From contig OZ245003.1 of assembly GCA_965223425.1 (NCBI GenBank), positions 1,888,001 to 1,952,000 on the forward strand: DNA of 64,000 nucleotides. Reading direction: 5' to 3'. Under the pieces are notes generated by a model. It was not told the origin of the DNA. It ran no database searches and worked only from the letters and a program-made list of their open reading frames with translations. Below are positions 54,901-60,900 of the stretch, piece by piece. A program made the position numbers and the translations under genes. The DNA comes from Nitrosopumilus sp. Its GTDB lineage: Archaea; Thermoproteota; Nitrososphaeria; Nitrososphaerales; Nitrosopumilaceae. The stretch's first letter is position 1; each line of letters begins with the position of its first letter.

Positions 54901-57900
54901 AACAGGATCCACCCCGTGCCGTTAGTAATGTCCGTGTCGACGTTGGACAAAAAGCGCACGGTGAGCTCGTCACGGGCCGCAAGGGTAACAGATTCTATCA
55001 GCGGAAGAAATGCGCCGCTCTTTATTGGCAGGTCGTTCTGGTCGTAATCAAATGAGAATCCTCCTTGTGAATATGTGAAATCGGGTTCTATGTCAGCCTC
55101 CGGGGATGCCAATGCCCTGACTGCGCTGTCTGTGGATGAATCAAGCTTGAAATGCGCCGTGCTGCCCGTCGTGATCAGCAGCTTGGAGGAGAGAAGATTC
55201 GAGCCGCCATCATCAGAGCCGGACTCGCGGATATGGAACAAGTCAAGCTCAGTACTAATGAGCAGGTTGACGTCCTTGTTGAAGGTTACACCGAGGATGC
55301 CGTGGTTTTCATAGTATGTGGCAGACCTGGCAAAGATCGTCTGGTCGTCGTAGACTGTTACTGTTACCGTGTCATTGTTGCTTGACAGGGAGCCGTCATT
55401 TGTTGTAAGCGCGAACGTCAGGGCAGTAAAGTTGGCAGTGGACGGTGCAGTGAAGGTGGGGCTTGTTGTGTTGGCGTTTGTCAGGGTTACGGCAGGGGAG
55501 CCGGATGTCTGGGACCACGAGTACGTCAGGGTATCACCGTCAGGATCCGTCGAGTTGGTCCCGTCAAGGGTCACCGTGTCTCCTTCCTGCACGTGCTGGT
55601 TTGGGCCGGCATCGGCGATTGGGGGCGGTCTTACGACAACGTTGTACGTACTGTAGATGGCCATCGGATCAACAACCAGGACGTTGCCTGCGGCGTCTGT
55701 GATGTCGTTTTCTGCAGCAGCGATGCCAAGGCCTACAGTGCCGCCTGCAGTTACGGTTACCTCCACGCGGTATTCGGAACCAGATATCTGGGTTACGCCG
55801 GTGACTGCCGCATCAGCGCCGCCTGTGGTCTCAAAGTCTGATGCATCCACGTTAACGACTGCCTCGCCGAATAGGATCCTGAAGGTCGGGGTGGAATCGC
55901 TTGTGTCCTCTGCTGTAGGATCATGCCTTGTGACAAACGAGAGTGTCGGGGCCACAGTGTCTGTGGTGTATGACTCGTCGGTTTGGCCCGAGGTGAGAAG
56001 CGTGTTGGCCAGCGGGTTGCCTACAACGTCTGTAATGTTGTGAATATGGTCTGCTGTCTTGATGTAAAGGCTGACTGTGCCGTCTTTAGGTACGGCTACC
56101 TCCACGTGGTATACGGCACCGCCGGACGCCGGGGTTACGCTGCTGACAGTCGCACCCGTATTGAGGCCGCCTTGGATCACAAAGTCTGATTTATCCACGT
56201 TAACCACTTCCTCGCTGAAGGTTACCCTGAAGGTCGGGGTGGCATCGTTTGTGTTCTGCGGTGTGGGATCGTGCCTTTCAACTGACAGGAATGCCGGGGC
56301 GGCAATGTCTATGGTGTATGACTCGTTGGCCCCAGTCGGTGCCGTACCGGACAGGGCGCGGCCTGTAACGGCATCTGCAATGTTGTTTGCTGATGCGATG
56401 CCAAGGCCGACTGTGCCGCCTGTAGTTACGGTTACCCCCACGTCGTATGATTTACCGCCGGACACCGGGACGACTGTGGAGACTTCTGCAGTGGCGTTGC
56501 CATACGTCGCAAAGTCTGCCACGTCTACGTTGGCCACTGCCGTGCTGAACGTGACCCTGAAGGTCGGGGTTTTATCGTTTGTGTTTTGTGCTGTGGGGTC
56601 ATGCCTTACAACTGACACGAGCTCTGGTTGAATAAAGTTTACATTGTATGATTCATCAGATACAGTCGGTGTCACCGGGTCGTCGCCTGCCGGTGCTGCT
56701 GCCAGTAGCAAGTTGCCTGCAACGTCTGCAATGTTGCTGCTTGCCTTAATGTCAAGGCCGACTATACCGCTGGCAAACACAAACACCCGTACGTCATATG
56801 TGGAACCGGACACCTGGGTGACTGTGGAGGCACGCGCAGTGGCGTTACCAGAGGTCTCAAAGTCACTGCTGCCAACCCCGGTTACAGGTTCGCTAAATGT
56901 TACCCTGAAGAGTGGATTGTCCTTGTCCGTGTCCTGTTCTTCAGGGTCGTGCCTTGCAATGGATACAACTGTTGGCGCAAGGCCGTCAGTTACGCCTGGT
57001 GACACGTCAAATGCGGTGGGCAGGCTGTACTGGAAGATGTCGCCGTTATATGGATCAAGCACGTACATCTTGCTGCCGTTAGAGGAGAATGCAAGGGAAT
57101 CAGGATTGTCGCTGTGGAATGCCGTAAACGAGGCGCCTGGCTGTTGTTGTTGCGACGTGCTGCCGTCAAGGATTGCGCCAGTCACGTTAAAGGCATCAGG
57201 CAGGCCGTACTGGAAGATGTCGCCGTCATCGCCGTCAAGCACGTACATCTTGTTGCCGTCATCAGAGAACGCAACAGAGTTAGGCGTGTACAGATCGTCG
57301 TGTTCTGCCGTAAACGAGGCGCCTGGCTGCTGCGGCGTGCCGCCGTCAAGGGTCGCGTTTGCCACGCTAAAGGCCGCAGGCAGGCTGTACTGGTAGATGT
57401 CGCCGTCACGGCTGTCAAGCACGTACATTTTACTGCCGTTAGCAGAGAATGCAATAGAGTCAGGTAAGTTCAGATCGCGATGGGCTACATCGAACAGATA
57501 GCCGTCTGAGGACGCGCCGCCGTCAAGGGTGGCGCCAGTCACGTCAAAGGCATCAGGCAGGCTGTACTGGAAGATGCGATTGCCGCTGTTATCTAGCACG
57601 TACATCTTGCTGCCGTTAACAGAGAATGCAACAGAGTCAGGTCCCCGCAGATTGTCGTGTGTTGCAGTAAACGAGGCGCCTGCCGTGCCGTCAAGGGCCG
57701 CACTGGATACGTCAAAGGCCTCAGACAGGCTGTACTGGTAGATGTCGCCGCCACGGCTGTCAAGCACGTACATTTTGCTGCCGTCAACAGAGAATGCAAC
57801 AGAGGTGGGGAATCTCAGATTGCTGTGTGTTGCAGTAAACGAAGCGCCTGCAGGCTGCGTGCCATCCAGTGTGGGGCCTGCGTTAATGGTTGCAGTGGCC

Positions 57901-60900
57901 ATTTCGTTGCCTGCCGCATCTGAGATATCCCCCGCAGTGTATGTCACATCAGGTGTCGCACCGGTGTCAAGTGCGTTTTGCAGCGTTATTACTGCGGTGC
58001 TGCCTGTCCCGTCAAGGCCGGTGACTGCGGTGACCGTGTTTCCTTCCACGCCCCACACGGTGTGGGAGTCAGCCGTGCTGGTGACGTTCTCAGAGAACGT
58101 TACAGTTATCTGTTTTGTGTCAGGGCCGGTCCTTGCAGCAAACGTAGGCGGGGTGTTGTCATCGCCGGATGAAGGCGGCGTCGTTGTTGTTGTTGTCGGG
58201 TCAGTCGGGAAGTAATCTTCAAGCTCGCCGGCAGGTATACCGGAAATAACGGATCCCTCAACCAGGCCGCTGACCTGTTCCGTGTTGTGAATCTCAAATG
58301 TGATTATCAGATCCGTGGAATAGTCGACTGGCACCTGTTCGGGGTCAACACTGACTGTAACGGGTGGGAGGCCTGTCTGCGTATCGTTTTGTGTGTATAT
58401 TACCTTGTCGTCCTGCTCAAGGTACACCCTGGATTGGTAGGTGGCATCCTGACTGGGTATGGCATTTCTCACGTAAAGTGTGATGTCAAGCATGTTGGTT
58501 GTGTCGTTATAAGACGTAGTGACAGAAGCGCGATTAAGGTTAGAATAGGAATCAGGCCTGCCCGAGTCGCTTATGGTCATGGTGTGGTTTGCAGAGCCGG
58601 TAGCGCCGTCATCATCAGTTACCTGCAGCGTGATGACCAGCGTGGTGTCCTCTGTGACCCGGGGCGCCGTAAATGATGCAGTTGCCTGAGAGGGGTTTGT
58701 TATTGTAATTGACGTGTCGTTGGCGGTCCATCCGTATGATGATATGGTGCCGTCATCATCAGCAGACGCTGCCCCGTCAAGGGTTACCGCGTCGCCCTCG
58801 GTTACTCTGGCCGGTGCGCTGATTATCGCAGTAGGGGGCCGGTTCACGTCAGGCGTGTCCACATGTATGTTTGCAAAGCTTGCCACGGGGTTGCCTGCAA
58901 CGTCTGCCATGCTGCTGCCTTCCAGATCCTGGTTATAGTTGATAACCAGGGTGTTGTTGCCGACAGGACCGTCAAGGCCAAGCGTGAGGGTTGGGGAGTC
59001 AGTGAGTATTGTTTGCGGCACCACTGCAGGTATTGGTGTAGACGTTGTTGCGCTGCCTGCAGCACGTGAGAGCGAAAAGCTCCCGGTGCCATGCGAGCCC
59101 TTGACGTTCTCCGAGAAGGTTACGGTTATTGACGTTGACGTGTCAGAGGCTGCCGCGGCGCTGACTGGGACAGGCGGCAGGCCGTCATTTGCCATGATGT
59201 TGCGTGCGTTATCGAGGTACTCGGTCCCGTTGAAGATGCCGCCCCTCTGTCCGGCGGCACCATCACCATCGGCAGGCGGCCTCTGGTAATGGGCGTGCAC
59301 GGCATCAAACCTGGTGGCAGTGTCCGGCAGGGAGGCGTTCAGCGCAAGCGTCATGGCGTCTGTTGTCCCGCCGGGATCCGAGTTTGATTTTATGGCAAGG
59401 CCTGCCGCGTCTGCGCCAAACAGGATCCATCCCGTGCCGTCAGTTATGTCCGTATCAACGTTGGACAAAAAGCGCACGGCAAGCTCGTTATGGGCTACGA
59501 GGGTAACAGATTCTATCAGCGGAAGAAATGCGCCGCTTTTGCCTATTGGCAGGTCGTTCTGGTTGTAATTAAATGAGAACCCGTTTTGGGAATATGTAAA
59601 GAATCCCTCTATGTCAGCCTCCGGGGATGTCAAAGCCCTGAATGCGTTATCTGTGGACGGGTCAAGCTTGTAATGCGCCGTGCTGCCACTCGTGTGCAGC
59701 AGTAGGGGGAAGGCAAGATCCGAGCCGCCAGAGTCAGAGCCGGACTCGCGGATATGGAACAAGTCAAGCTCAGTACTAATGAGCAGGTTGACGTCCTTGT
59801 TGAAGGTTACACCGAGGATGCCGTGGTTTTCATAGTATGTGGCAGACCTGGCAAAGATCGTCTGGTCGTCGTAGACTGTTACTGTTACCGTGTCATTGTT
59901 GCTTGACAGGGAGCCGTCATTTGTTGTAAGCGCGAACGTCAGGGCAGTAAAGTTGGCAGTGGACGGTGCCGTGAATGTGGGGCTTGTTGTGTTGGCGTTT
60001 GCCAGTGTTATAGTAGAAGAGCCGGATGTCTGGGACCACGAGTATGTCAGGGTAGTGTCGTCGCCGTTATCAGGATCCGTCGAGTTGGTCCCGTCAAGGG
60101 TCACCGTGTCTCCTTCCTGCACGTGCTGGTTTGGGCCGGCATCGGCAATAGGGCGCAGGTTCACGTCAGGCGTGCCCACCGGTACGCCTGAAAAGCTTGC
60201 CAGGTAGTTGCCGTCAACGTCAGATATGATGTCTCCGGAATCCCTGTCGTAGCTGATAGTCAGGGTGCTGTTGCCGATGGGGCCGTCAAGGTTAAGCGTA
60301 AGGGTTGGATCAGCGTCGGCTCTGACCTGCTGCTGTGTCAGTCCAGGTACCGGCGTCGTGGTGAGGCTGCCTGCAACACGCGAGAACGAAAAGCTTTCGG
60401 CACTGGCCGTGCCTTTGATCCTCTCTGAGAAGGTTATGGTTATTGACGTGTCCGCGGGGGAGGGTGCGCTGGCACTTACTGGGATCGGTGATATGCCGTC
60501 GGCCAGTATGATGCGGTTGGTGCTGCCCATGTATTCGGTGCCGTTGAAGACGCCGGTGCTGCTGCTGCTGCCGTCATCAGACGGCCTCTGGTAGTCAAGG
60601 AAGATGGCACCTGACCTGAATCCTGTCGGCAGCAAGCCGTTTAGCGCAAGCGTCATGGTGTCTGTTGTCCCGCCGGGATCCGAGTTTGACTGTACGGCAA
60701 AGTCTTCTTTCAGGCCTATGTCCGGGGAGGCGCCCACGGACCATCCCGTGCCGTCATCAACGTCCGTGTCGACGTTGGACAAAAAGTGCACGGTGATCTC
60801 GTTTTGGGCAGTGGCAACAGCAGAGGCTACCCGCGGAAGAAATGCGCCGCTTTTGACGACTGGCAGGCCGCTCTGGTCGTGTTCGAAGAAGATGCTATTT